Below are positions 1 through 13,600 of a DNA stretch of 64,000 nt, piece after piece. Position numbers and translations under genes: made by a program. The stretch covers positions 98,951,021-99,015,020 of the forward strand of contig NC_068982.1 in the NCBI RefSeq assembly GCF_001194135.2, in the 5' to 3' direction. Origin of the DNA: Octopus bimaculoides (lineage: Eukaryota). Positions within the stretch are counted from its first letter, which is position 1; each line of letters opens with the position of its first letter. Under the pieces are notes generated by a model. It was not told the origin of the DNA. It saw only the letters and a program-made list of their open reading frames with translations, and ran no database searches.

Positions 1-330
1 CGTGGAGGCGCAATGGCCCAGTGGTTAGGGCAGCGTACTCGCGGTCATAGGATCGCGATTTCGATTCCCAGACCGGGCGTTGTGAGTGTTTATTGAGCGA
101 AAACACCTAAAGCTCCACGAGGCTCCGGCAGGGGATGGTGGCGAACCCTGCTGTACTCTTTCACCACAACTTTCTCTCACTCTTACTTCCTGTTTCTGTT
201 GTGCCTGTAATTACACGTGTCTGTGGAGTGCTCAGCCACTTGCACGTTAATTTCACGAGCAGGCTGTTCCGTTGATCGGATCAACTGGAACCCTCGACGT
301 TGTAAGCGATGGAGTGCCAACAACAATAAT
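1..330 (+). mobile_element. tRNA-derived SINE (abundant octopus family), probably with an internal deletion
   Basis: Pol III A-box TGGCCCAGTGG, degenerate B-box (atttcgattcc), CAA/TAA-like tail; body recognised from memory. Confidence 0.8.
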
Positions 331-734
331 ACTTTTCATTAATTTTGCTAAACACTTCTTTCTTTGTTATCTTCCAATGCTATTTTCATTTTATTTTGTC
401 ATCAACCATACCCAGATACACAACTCAAAAAAAAAAAAAGGTTATTACAAAATAATGTTTGAAATAAATTGTATTACAGGTAGAATTTAGAAAAACTTAT
501 TCCTTATGATGATTATGATGATGATGATGATGACTGAATTTATGTGAGCACAGCAAAGGGGTAAACTGTAGTTTGAGCATTTATTTTAAGAACAATCACC
601 GTGGACTCATGATGATTGTTCACTTAACAAATAATACTAACATTTGTTTTCCAATTTATTGGCATTACATTTATTTATTTTTCTATGGTGTCACACTTAG
701 ATAAATGGCAACAGAACAGATGTTAGATACATAC

Positions 735-858
735 CATTCACATATCTTACGATGACAGCGAAGGACAGAATTCTCTATATCAATTGGATGATAGCGCATG
801 CCACGCAACATAATTGTTTCATCAAGACTACCAACCACAAATATAGCATCATGGCGCT
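735..858 (-). CDS. DIP2: DIP2 exon: (E)[40 protein letters not shown]; next (last) exon lies left of the window
   Basis: ttccacag / GTATGT; 124 nt. Confidence 0.97.
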
Positions 859-3800
859 CTGTGGAAAAGAGTAGAATAAAAACTTTGCAATTTGTTGTAA
901 TTCAAAAGGAGAACAGTAATCAGGAAAAAAGCATTGTAGACATTGATTAAAGTTACTAGAAATTATCATGGGGAAATAAATTTTACAGTTAATTTTCATC
1001 CACTTTTCTCTCATAAAATAGATTAAAGATGCAAATATTATTCTTTGGAGAGAAGTTAATGAAAAATTACGTTTGTAATAAGATTATTTTTCATTAGGAA
1101 CAAAGAAGATTTGTGACTTCAAAAATACTACTTGAAAGATACAAACCCAAATTGGTTAATAAATTTATAAAGCAGTATGAGTTGATACTTAGTATATTAG
1201 TCACAATTTATTGATATCAATGGGATACCAAGATATTATTGAAAGTAAATCTGTTTTTACTACACATGATTGAGGAAGTCATTGCTTTTTAACAATGAAT
1301 GGAGTTATTTACTTTTCTTTTAATTCATGGTTACTAAATCAGTCTTAAAGCCTACATATAGAGATCTGTATATTTCCAAGAAGATGGGGCACTAGACAAT
1401 CAAGTGAGGCACTGCATAAGATGTCACTAACTCTACAGCTACTATGGTTGTTAAGTAGTAGCTAAATAAAAATGACAAGTTTTCATTACTTTTGCAGTGC
1501 TGAGTTGAATTCCTTTCATGGAAAATTAACCTGTGCTACACCGAAAACATATCCAGATCTTGTCTTTGCTTTACATTATGGAAATTGAAGTTGTGATTAG
1601 CTTTTTCTTTTTTCTTTTACACTACTTAGAAATTAGTTGAAACAAGCTGGGTTAATAACAAACCAACTCCTATGTGTCTAAGTATGTAGATCTCTATGGA
1701 AAATCAAAAGATTTGAAAAATTTATGAAGTCTAGAATTTTTAGTAGAATTCTCAAAACACAGTAAACTAAATTTAGTTTATTTATGAACTTTGTTTTCTT
1801 TTTTCACCTACTGACAGTCTTACAGCAGGTAAAGCAGAATAAAGCTATATTATAAAATTTTTTTTACATAACATTTATCTAATTTAAGCCAATATATGTT
1901 GTTATTCCAAAATATATTAAATAAGGGAAATGCTGTGAAATAAATGTCAACATAACAGAAAACACAATATATTTCAGTAAAAACAAACTAAACATTGAAG
2001 CTGAAAAATAAAAAAACAAACTATTATAATACATGAAATATGAAAGTAAGAATCCAAGAATTGATTTCCTTCCCAGACTGCAAGCACTGCAGATTTATGA
2101 AAGGGCATCAGTTATTTGGTAACAGTTTTCATCTTGAAGGATGTGAAGATATCTTCTCTACTTAATACAATAGTTTATACAACAGTGTCTTTCAAAAAGA
2201 CAAGAGGTTTATATGTTCAAAGATATAAATATATATTATCATAGCAGTTCTTGGAAGTTTTGAAATAAAATCTCCCTTTGATAAGTTTCCAAATTTTTGT
2301 AGGAAAACACAAGTGACTATATTTATTTTTGTTTGATCTTATCGTGTTGATTAAACATTTCTGATTTGGTAGAAGCTGAAACTTGAACATTTTGTAACAA
2401 TACATTTGACAACATATATAATACCAAACATTACAGCCAGCTAAACATGACATTCAAATATAGATTTGTTCAAGGGAACAGCAATATCCACAACATTCAA
2501 ACTCATTAGAATCTCAAACCAGGAAACCCTTCAATTACCTTCTAAATAATAAAAAGAGATAAAAATTAATCCTGTAATGAAATTATCAGGTCTGTCTTAC
2601 TCATATATATTACAACATCAACAACAACAACATAAGCATATTCCAATGACAATGTTAGTTGATAATTAGTAGGGATGAAAGTTCAATCAAGGCAGATGGA
2701 CACTTGTAAAAGTGGTCAATACATGGAGTGTAGATATTGATTAAGATGAAATAAACCAAACAACACTTAATTAGACAATTTATTCCTATTTGCGCAAGCT
2801 TAAAACCCATTTACTAGACAAAAATATCTTCGAAGCTAGCAAAAGGTTTATTGGTTTCTTGTTGAATTTTGATCTATTTGGTGAAGTATGGTATCCTGGA
2901 GTGGTTCTATTCCAAATGAAACTTTGAAACTTAGATTCATGCTCCTCTGTTACTATAAAACATGGTACCATAGTCTCAAACATATGCATGGTTATAGCTA
3001 TCAAATGAAATGGATTTTAGTTGCTCCGACTAAAATGTAAAAACCTCTTCTTCATCATCTTTCTGCAGGGAAGAGGCAAAATTGTTAAAGAATTGAAATA
3101 AATGTATTTTGACAAAATTTTTTTTTTTTCGGAAGGAAAAAAAATTACCAAAATAGATTACACCTGAAGCAGTATTAAGATAGGAAATTTTAATCTGAAA
3201 TTAACCAATGAAAATAAAAATAAATTTATATATTGCACATATCTTCAGATAAAATATTTTGTTGTTGAGGCCTTCCAGAGAACTAAAAGCCAACAAATAT
3301 TATTGTCAGCATTAAATTGGATTTCAGTTTGTTCATGCTCTTTTTCAATCACTTACTGTATTGGAGATTGGTATAATTCCTGAGATTAGTTTATATTCCT
3401 ACCTAATTTCATGTGTGGGTGAAAGAGTATGGCTACTTAACAGTGGTAGTTTATAAACTGTGACTAAACCAAATTCATCAGAATTACATGCAGTGGTGTG
3501 ATGGAGTCTAAGCTTGCTTTACTTTATATTATCAATGCTTCTCTGATCTGGGCTGAGACAGCTTGGTACCAGGGTTACAGTAGACAATCTAGCCAGAATA
3601 CAAGGAGTTGGAGCAGGTACCTCAAAGTATTGCACCAAACCTTCCAACAGTCCCACTAATCAACTGCCCTGGATTGATACTTTTCTTTATCAATCCCAAA
3701 AGGACGAAAAGAGAAGTTGACATTGACAGGATCTGAACTTAGAGTGTAGAGAATTGGAACAAATACTCCAAGGCATTCTATTCAACCCTCTAATAAGTCT

Positions 3801-6800
3801 GCAATTATACTGCCACAGAGATGGTTTTATAACTGAATTATTGCCTGAGTTACTGAAAAGAGATATACCTTTCCTATTACAGCCACTTGGATGAAAAGTG
3901 GGAATGGAAAATAAAGACAAGCAGACCAGCCCCAGAAGCATTAGGGCTCTAGAGTGGAAGAGAATTTCATAATAAACAGAATTGCATAAATGTATTCACA
4001 AGCATAACATCTACTGAAATGCAGTTAAGGCATTGTTAAAATTACCTGGGCATTTTAATTGCAAGAATATCTTTTGTACATACCATATCATTCACTCAGA
4101 TATTTAAATCAGGGATTATGTTTTATACCTACCCTGCTAATAAAGACTATTTATATTAAATTATTAATATATATTTTAAACTTTACTATATGTAGTGAGC
4201 ATTCTAAAACTCGATTTTTTTGAGAGAGAGAGGGGGGATTTTAGGAGTAGCTAGGATCATTTATCAAATCAATAATATTTTATATATATTGTTTTCTTAA
4301 TCTTATCTATAAAAGTACACACTCACATGCGCAACATGTATACAAACAAACTTATAATTTGTCACATACATACACACAGGATGGCAGGGAAAAGAATGTG
4401 CTACAAATGTTGAGAATAAATTGAATAGATTATTTTTTTGAAATCAAGAGCTGAGCAAGGTGTTTTGGTTCAGATCAACATGCCCAAGGCTTGATGTGAG
4501 TCAACCATTGCATTTGTTGTGTTATCATGCTTTAAAAAAAGAAAACCCAGCCAAAATGATTTGCATGCCAGAGGTAGGTTCAACTATGACATAGTATAAA
4601 TTAATGCAAAATTGATAAAAATAAAATTTCAAAAATTGGTTATTTTTTTCTATAAATATTGAAGTCTTAGCAAACACAAGGTCAGTTGTGGCGAAAGACT
4701 GATATGGTGAACAGAACTGATACTGATATATTGGTGGTACTCAAATTAATTCAAAAGTGATGAAAAGATAACTTGAGTCCTTTGAGATTGGAACCTGACG
4801 CTCAGATGTATGAAACTAATCACTGAAAGGCGTTTAGCACTACACTGTAGAAGACAACCGTTTACATTGACCTGTCTTATTAATATTAAAATCTATATGC
4901 ATGTAGAAGCTTAAAAATTATACTTAGTACAACCATTTTAGCAAATGAAATGTTATTTCATAATTTCAAGTACAAAGATCGTTCTTCTCTAGGTGCACTT
5001 TTGAAGATTCAACTCATATAGGTTATACCCGAAAGTCAAACAGTTCAAAAGATAATATTTGTTAAGCAGATGAGTCACTGCTTAGCTACATCTTTGGTAC
5101 AGGTCTACCCAAGAAAAAACTGACCGATGTTACTTGGAAACACTACAACATCTATATTATGTTTCGTTTTGTTACATGAATAGCAGTATTTCAGTCATTT
5201 CATACTGCAGTTTCTTATACTTCATTTGGTTACAATAGTTTAACTCAGCAGAAAGCCACTCTTAATAGGAACAGTAAAATAAATAACTTAAAGTCTTTAG
5301 TAAAGTTTCTGAAACATACAGATAAATTTTTTAATTTACAGATGGTGTTCTTTGTCTGATGCTGTACCTCTAGCTAAACTCTAAACAAGCATGGCAACAA
5401 TCAACACAAACCACTCATAACATATATATTATCCATCTATCTTCTCCACCCACTATTCCTGAGAGGATCATAGGTGTAGAAATCCTCAGGATCCTATCAG
5501 AGGTAACCATCATTAAACTCACCAGCTGGATCCCCAAGTATAACCAACTGAGATTACGGATATCATCCAATCATCTCATTCTCGGTATACCCCTAGTTCT
5601 CCTGTAAGATCTTATGATTCATTCCTGTGACATTTTAATCACATGTCTGTAGTACTGAACCGGTGATCTCTCAATGCAGAGAGATAGCAGCTTGATCTTG
5701 GAAGACTCCCTGATTTCTGAGCTACACATCTTGTCAAGTAACATTACTCCAGAGATCTCTCAGAGGAACCTCATTTCAGATGCTTGTATTTGCATCTGTA
5801 CCCTTTTGGTCATTACTCGACAATCATGATCATAGGTAAAGATAGGCATGAAAATCAAATCGAAGATAGTGAGTTTGGCTTTTGTGCCAACCTCTTTTAA
5901 AGATCACCTGCAATTCTAGCATCCAATTCAGCCTCCACTCTTTCTTCACTTATCAATACAGCCACAAGATACTTAAACCTCTCCACTTGTCTCAGTCTTC
6001 TCAACATTAATTCTTATGCCTGCCTTGAAGCACTTAGCAGCAAACCTATTTAGTGCAAGGTGAAAATCCTCTTGTTTGGACTTTTCTCTTGTGTTGACAT
6101 ACTGGTATTAAAAGCTGGCTATTTGAATGAAAACTCTTATTTTCCATGACAACCATTCAAATATAAAGGCATTTACGATATCAGTATCACCATATCACCA
6201 TTATTTGTGTTATTTCCATTAATAAAATATTGATTCACGCTACAACTCTGGATCACTGGTTTAAACATGTGCAAAACACATAACAATCAAGGAAATAGGG
6301 CAGAAATAATTTTAACAATGTTATGTTAAAAGAAAAGTTTTTAGCAAAACATGTTAAGTAAGAATTAGAATCCTACTCAAAACCTGTTAGTCAGATAACA
6401 AGATGTGATAAACGATGGGGTATAATCCAAGACTTGGGGCTTATTGATTCAGGGCAGTTAACTTGTTGAACAAACACAATGTAAGCAAATAATTTATAGA
6501 TTTAACAATTATATGAGTATTCCGGACATTAAAACCAAGGTTGAAGCAACTAATTTTGGAAATAAACTTTAAAATAAACACAAAAATAAAGATATAACAT
6601 AAACAAAAATCTATTATGTAGCCAAGAATATTACACTCATTTTGGCAATTATGGTTTTGGATTAGAAAGTAAAATTTCAATATTGAAACTGTTGTAAGAG
6701 ATGACAGCAGCAAGCTTATGGATTCCACTTAAGAAATTTATTTAGCTAGTGAACAGGGATCTATAGTGATATGTTTATTTGGCCAAGTGGTACTACAAAT

Positions 6801-7038
6801 TAACATTTACTAATAACTACATTGTTAAGGACTGAGCTGACATAGGACATGCCACAACAGAAAGACATGACAGGAACAACATAGAGAAATAGTCATATCT
6901 AAGAGAGCTAGGTAACTACAGTCACTAAAGAGAAGTAGACACTGTTATTTTAATCTGCAACTATATCCATATACTGAGTGAGATGACATTTTACATGCCA
7001 CAACATAGAAAACAACATGAACAGCAAGAACAACATGG

Positions 7039-7098
<60 letters not shown>

Positions 7099-7578
7099 TA
7101 TATATATATATATACACACATATATACATATATATATATACATATATATATATATACATATAAATATATATATATACACATATATATATATACATACATA
7201 TATATACATATATATATACATATAAATATATATATATACACATATATATATACATACATATATATACATATAAATATATATATATCCATACATACACATA
7301 TATATATACATACATACATGCACATATATATATATATACATACATATACATATAAATATATATATATACATACATATAAATATAAATATATATATATACA
7401 TACATATACATATAAATATATATATATACATACATATACATAAATATATATATATACATACATACATATACATAAATATATATATATACATACATACATA
7501 AATATATATATATACATACATACATAAATATATATATATACATACATACATACATACATTTATATACATACATACATA

Positions 7579-7609
<31 letters not shown>

Positions 7610-10600
7610 ACATATATACATATACACACACAAATATACATACACACATACATATGTAATATATATATATATATATATATATAGTAAAGAGAGGTAGATA
7701 ACTTCTCTTCTAACTTAAAAAGAAAAGGAATCGTTTGATACCCATCAGGATAAAATATACTAAAAACTGGGAGGAGCAACAAAAGTAATCCTTGACAGAA
7801 AGAAATGTCCTTCCAAAAGAAAGTAAACCAGAAAGAATTGAGAGCCTCGCTATTCTGACATCATAGAGGGAAGAAGAAGTAAAACATTGGACTAACATTT
7901 TATGTAAACTAATGAAATGATCAAGTTACTATCAGACTTAAAGCAAACTTGGGGCAAAGTGTCAATAGAAACCCTCTAAATTTAAGAGAAGAAACAAACT
8001 TAAAGAACAGTCTATGCATTAGAATGATGGGGTGAAATATTCACAGAAATATACACACTATAATTGAACTTTGTGTTTTTGTATTCTTGCCAACTAAAGT
8101 TCATTTCCTTTTAATAACGACAACTCTAAGGAGCTGGTGGGAGGGAATAGTAACAATTGTTAATCCATAAAGAATTGGACCAAATGTTTCAAATCCCATC
8201 AATGTTATTGTTATAAGTCCTCCAGGCACTTATGAAGCTTAAGATTTTTATTTCTTAAAAGCTAACTGGATAGAGATAAATGGATAGAGGTGCAGGAAAT
8301 GGCAAGAGGGCACATGCAGTCAATATGGGGTGGAGGAATTGGATTGAGCATGTGGTGCAGCAGAGAAAATGAAGGGCAATCCATAAAATCAGGGGGCATC
8401 CATTTGTATAGGTAAGGATAAAAAAAAAAACTAAATATAAACAATCAGTAATAAGTAAAAATGAGGGCAGTGTGAAGGCCTATTCCTGATGGGTAGGAAG
8501 TTGTTAAGTTTGATATGGAGAAGACAAGAGTGAGATCTACTAATCATTTCATTATATATACTTAATAGAGAGAAATAAAGATATAAGAAATGGAACAAAT
8601 TGTAATGGTGAACCTGCTGATGATGAAGTCTGTTGTTGGCCAGGATTCTGCTCATGATTAAAAACTAAAAAATACAAACAAATGAAAAACCTAAGCATTT
8701 CACTATAATTTCAAAATGTTGTATAACTAAAGCAAAAGGGAAAAGAAAAGAAAGAAAATAACAAACAAAAAAAAAATCAAAATTTAGAAATATAACAAGA
8801 AAATTCAGTTAAAGAAAACAAAGCAAAAATAACAACAAAAAAAAAACACTACAGTTTAAATAATGTTAAGGGGTGAGGACTACGAGAGATTAGTTGGTTT
8901 AATGAGCAATAAAGATACAGGTAATATTCCTCTATATATTCAAAATATAATTAAAGACCAGGGTTAAATGTTATTTGATTAATGTCATCCACAAAAATAT
9001 ATTTTGATAAAAAAATATTAAATTTCATATTTTTACATTGCAAATTTATATTTTTAGTCTAATTTGCTGAAAAATACTTTTTTGAATAAAATAGAATGTA
9101 ATGAAATTGATCAAGTTGTTTTTTGTAAAGAAACTGATAAAGTCATTTTTCACAGAAATTTTAAATTGATGATAGTCAAAAGGCACTGAGAGATGGAAAT
9201 GAAATTGGAACTAGAATCTTCAAGGCAATGGAAATCATCAGCCTCATCACAAAAAGTAAAGAAATAAAGATGAAAGGTTTTTGTTTTACCACAGAAGCCA
9301 TGCCAATATAAAATGATCCATAAAACAAGAAAGTATAAAATCATATTTAAAAAGTTCATGCTTCTGTACCAAGCAGGAAATTTTCAATTTAAGAATAAGT
9401 GGGAAGTAAACCCAAAGGATAGGTACAGTTTTCAGATCTTTTTCTTTCTAGCTTAAGATTAGAAAAGCTAACTTGTCTTATGTACGACTTAACAGTGATT
9501 GTAGGGTGCATTATAAATATAGCTATGTTTCTTTAGGAGAATTTGCATGAATATTAACTGTTAAGTCTTTTTAGTCAACACAATAAAATATGATGATTCA
9601 GAATGATACATACACAGCAACATAAAGCCAACTGTTTCAAGCATTAGTTAGAAATCAAAATAACAGGAAAATGAGTAAACACAGAATAGGAGTAAATAGG
9701 AAATAATTAAGGAAATAAAGCATATAAAAATGTAAAATAAAATAATTGGTATAGTATAATTTTCTACTTTGTACCAGGTTAGTTGATGACCAAACTGAGC
9801 AGAACTTCATACCTCCTCAAGAGATATAAACCTATAGTCTAAAAAATGGGTGATTAAATCTCTGAAAATACAAAATAATAATCTGAACAATATTTCACAA
9901 CAAACAAACACTGTGACAATCCAACATTGCTTCTGGCAATGTTGGATACCTTTAAAAGACCCATAATAAATTCTACAAATGAACATTCATTCAAAATTCT
10001 TCAAACGTTCACCCAAAATTTGAAGACTAACTTCGTAGTTTAATCTTATTGAAACATATCTACAGAAACATTCTTTTCAATGAATTTAATTATCTTACCT
10101 CCGTCAGATTGTGTTAGCTCAGTACGCCTAATGAAGCCAAGGAAACCAGTCCTGGCATAGGAAGTATGGATGTCTCCAGTAGCAAGTTTTGAATCAAAGT
10201 GATCGTTGTGCAAAGATTCATCCCCGTAGATACTGTAATAACCAGTGGCATTGTGGGGGCTGCTCACCCAAATCTGAAACAACAGAGACAAACTTAATAG
10301 CAGTGTGAAGATGTCTAAGATAAGAAAATATTTACTGAAAACAATCAACAAAGTACAGTAATATGAATCTCCAATTAACTCGAGCTGAAAAAAATCTTAC
10401 CTCTCCAAGGTGTGAGTCAGCACATTGGCCTTTAGTTTCAGGATTGGCTATTACAACTTTTACTCCTGGAAGAAGCTAGAAAGACAAGAGCAATATTTCC
10501 TTATAAGTTGTATCAATATTTGCAATCAGTACATGGAGCAAAACATATGATCCTCTATTTAAAATAAGATACCGCCAGGATACAATATGAATGATAGAAA

Positions 10601-13600
10601 TTGGATGAATCTAAACGAGTTTTTCATGTGCATTCTGCAACACTGCATAAAGTTGAATGGGATTCTTTATAGCTTTGTATGAAAGAAATTTGTGTATATA
10701 TAATTCTATAAAATATGTTACTTTTAAATTTTACCTTGTTTTTTATTTTTTATTTTTTTTTACTTACCTGTAATTTTAATTTACTTGTAAGGTAAATAAC
10801 AAGTTCTGCTTAGTTATATTAGTGAATCATTTCACCACTGCGTGTGCTTTTATGTGCAAATGAATTTATTTTGATGTTTTCTTCATACATTTTTGATAGA
10901 TTTTTCAAACATTTTGATAGATTCATGCAATTTATTTTTATAGTGCATCTGCTTCTTTACCATCAAGTTCAACTAAAATTTAAGTAGTCTTGAGACAAAA
11001 ATTCCATCACAGATTTATACAAGAACCTTTTGTTGTAGTCCATATACCATATTCATATATCAATAAACAAAAAGTGTTTCATGAACTCAATTTTAAGTTT
11101 TTGAATTTAATTTAAACAATGGGTGGACTCTTGTTTGAAATATAGTAACAAAAGGATTCATATAAAAAAAACTTCATAATTCAAAATTAAATCTTGGGTA
11201 CCTTTCCTGATTCCCGCAAACACAAGCTATGAGGACTTCCTTTCTCAACCAAGGTCACTCTGTCATTCCTGAGAGCACGCAAGTCAACATACACTGTAGA
11301 TGGTTCAGGACTTGAAGCACCCTGTAAAGAGCAGAAGCAGGCAAAAAAAGGTTAGATTTATGATTAAATTAAAAATAATTAAATTCTTTGTTGTAGATAA
11401 TGTAAGCCAGTATTCTATGATTAATAACATTGGAAAGATAAATTTGTCAATCAAAAGCAATTGATAAACCCATTATTTTGAAGATGTTAGTCTCGTGTAT
11501 TTCATTATTGAATTGATCTTAACTTATATTATTCTGTTTCTTGATTATAACATTGTTATGCAAATTATTATTACAAACGTTAGTTTACTCAAAATGCTTA
11601 TTTAAGTATTCTATATGCATTTTCCATCTGTATATAAACTACATATTCTGGATATGATTGCAAATAAATTTTAATGTGTTCCTATTTACCAACTTTTCAG
11701 TTTACATATCCAAATTTGAATCTGTAATATGTAAGCCATAGTGAACATTCAGTTTCCCTATGAAATTGAATATTAAGTAATCAGTTGCTGATGGGATGTA
11801 AACAATGCTAATTAACTCAATCTTTTTAAATGAATTATTAGGTAATGTTTTAAATTTCCAAATTTACAGAATTAATGTTGTATACATTAGAATCATCTGG
11901 AATTAATTCTATCAAAAGTGCTGGTACACAAACAAGCAGAAAAAGATTTAGAGGAAAATGTTCAAATGTTAGTGAAGACTATTTTCCTACCTGGAGTGCA
12001 ACTCCAATGCACACTCTGCAACCGAAACTGGTACTAACTGCACGTGGAGCAAGACCAAGGTTGGCAAATAATTTTGTAAATGAAGTGGTTAGTTGAATTC
12101 TTGGTCTTTCCTCAGCAATAACACAACATGTTCTCACACAAGACAGATTGATGCCACGGGCCTGAAAATTTAGAAACAATTATTGTTTTAATGAGAGAAT
12201 ATACAAAATAAGAAGGAAATCAATATGTCAATAGAAAGTAGACATATATGACTAAATAATGATTAAAAAGCATTATAATTATTATTGATAATTTAGAAGA
12301 CAAGAGGAGAAGAGAGACTTACTTTAAGGGCCGCAGTGGATGTTCCCAAACCTTTAGTACAAAGTTCCATAACACCATAGGAACAGAACGTATCACGAGC
12401 TAGAAATAGAGTAGACATTACATATCAGTGCAAAATAGGAAGCTTAAAAGAACGATATAACAAATTAGCCATGTAAATAGGAAAATAATTAAATATAATA
12501 CGTCTAAGGTTCCTGAAGGTCCAAATTTGCGTATTTCAACATCCAGATTGATGGCACATTTACTTTTGTAGCTGGATACACTTCCTACAGCTAACAATTT
12601 TAATGTGGACTAGGAATCGAATGCTTTTAATCATTCCATACACAATAAGACAAACAGGACTACATGCTTTGCTCAGATTCATAATGCAAGTGTTGCTGTA
12701 AGGATTATGCTCAGAACTATAATCAATGGTCCTGCACCTTACACTCAGTCATTGACAAAAAGTTAATGAAGAGAAAACAAGAACTTTTACTGAAAGTTAA
12801 GAGCTAAAGTTTTGTTAAAGATCAAATTTGCCTAAGTAATTTTTCTATATAAAATTTTCTACATCTAATACAGCTATCTGCCTGATATAACACTATGAAA
12901 ACTATTTAATTAAATTTTTGAGTCAACAAGAGAATAGTCATTCATGCTGCTAAATACAGAAGCTAAATATCCTTCAATAATACCCTACTATCTTGCAAAC
13001 AGAGAAGCACAATGGACAACAGAAATACAGATACACCATACCTGAAAATAAAATTAGATAGTTACTGCTAGCATGCTTTTGATAATTAGGTCTACCTAAT
13101 TAGGGATGGTCTAAAGCTTAACATAAATGTTCTGACAGCAACTGCAACTGGACCATTAACTATTACTAATAGAAAAGCTGCTAATAAAACAGCCACACTA
13201 CTTATTGTCACATCGTTATTTGCTATCACATTACTTACTAATATAATAATGCTATTACTTCCTAACAGGACAATCACATGGCATATAGAACAGTCACATT
13301 ACTTGATTTGCTTAATATAACAGTCATATTTTCTTACAGAAATCCAGATTGTGTCAAGAGTAGGAGTTTCATGTGAAACTCTTTATAAGCAAATGATAAA
13401 GTTCAATAAAACTAAACAAAATAAATTCTTACTTTTGTAGTTATGGACAGCAGTTAACCATACTGCTGGGTTGGCTTCCACTTCTGATGGGGGAATCAAT
13501 ATGGAATGGTGGCCAGAATAAATGCTGGGAAAATGAAACAAAGAACATCAAAACAGTGAAGATATACAACTAAGAAAATAACTCAAGATATAACTGTGTG

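Noticed and set aside
5523-5601. Cryptic exon in the RTE fragment with CTG|GTGAGT donor
   Set aside because: Poor pyrimidine tract and an in-frame stop.
6945-7782. Long ORFs of 200-240 aa (YIYI/VCVC)
   Set aside because: Translations of the TA/CA microsatellite, not genes.
1498-9330. Scattered plus-strand acceptor-like sites and short open frames (near 1498, 2790, 3068, 9150) suggesting a nested antisense gene
   Set aside because: No consistent donor/phase chain and no recognisable protein; expected by chance in AT-rich introns.
10762-10770. Perfect minus-strand donor CAG|GTAAGT in intron 10476-11201
   Set aside because: No pyrimidine-rich acceptor upstream; the nearest candidate exon has an in-frame stop.
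12562-12610. Possible duplicate (mutually exclusive) version of exon 13433-13524 ending TACAAAA|GTAAAT
   Set aside because: Only the last few codons resemble it; entry phase is incompatible and an in-frame stop lies upstream.
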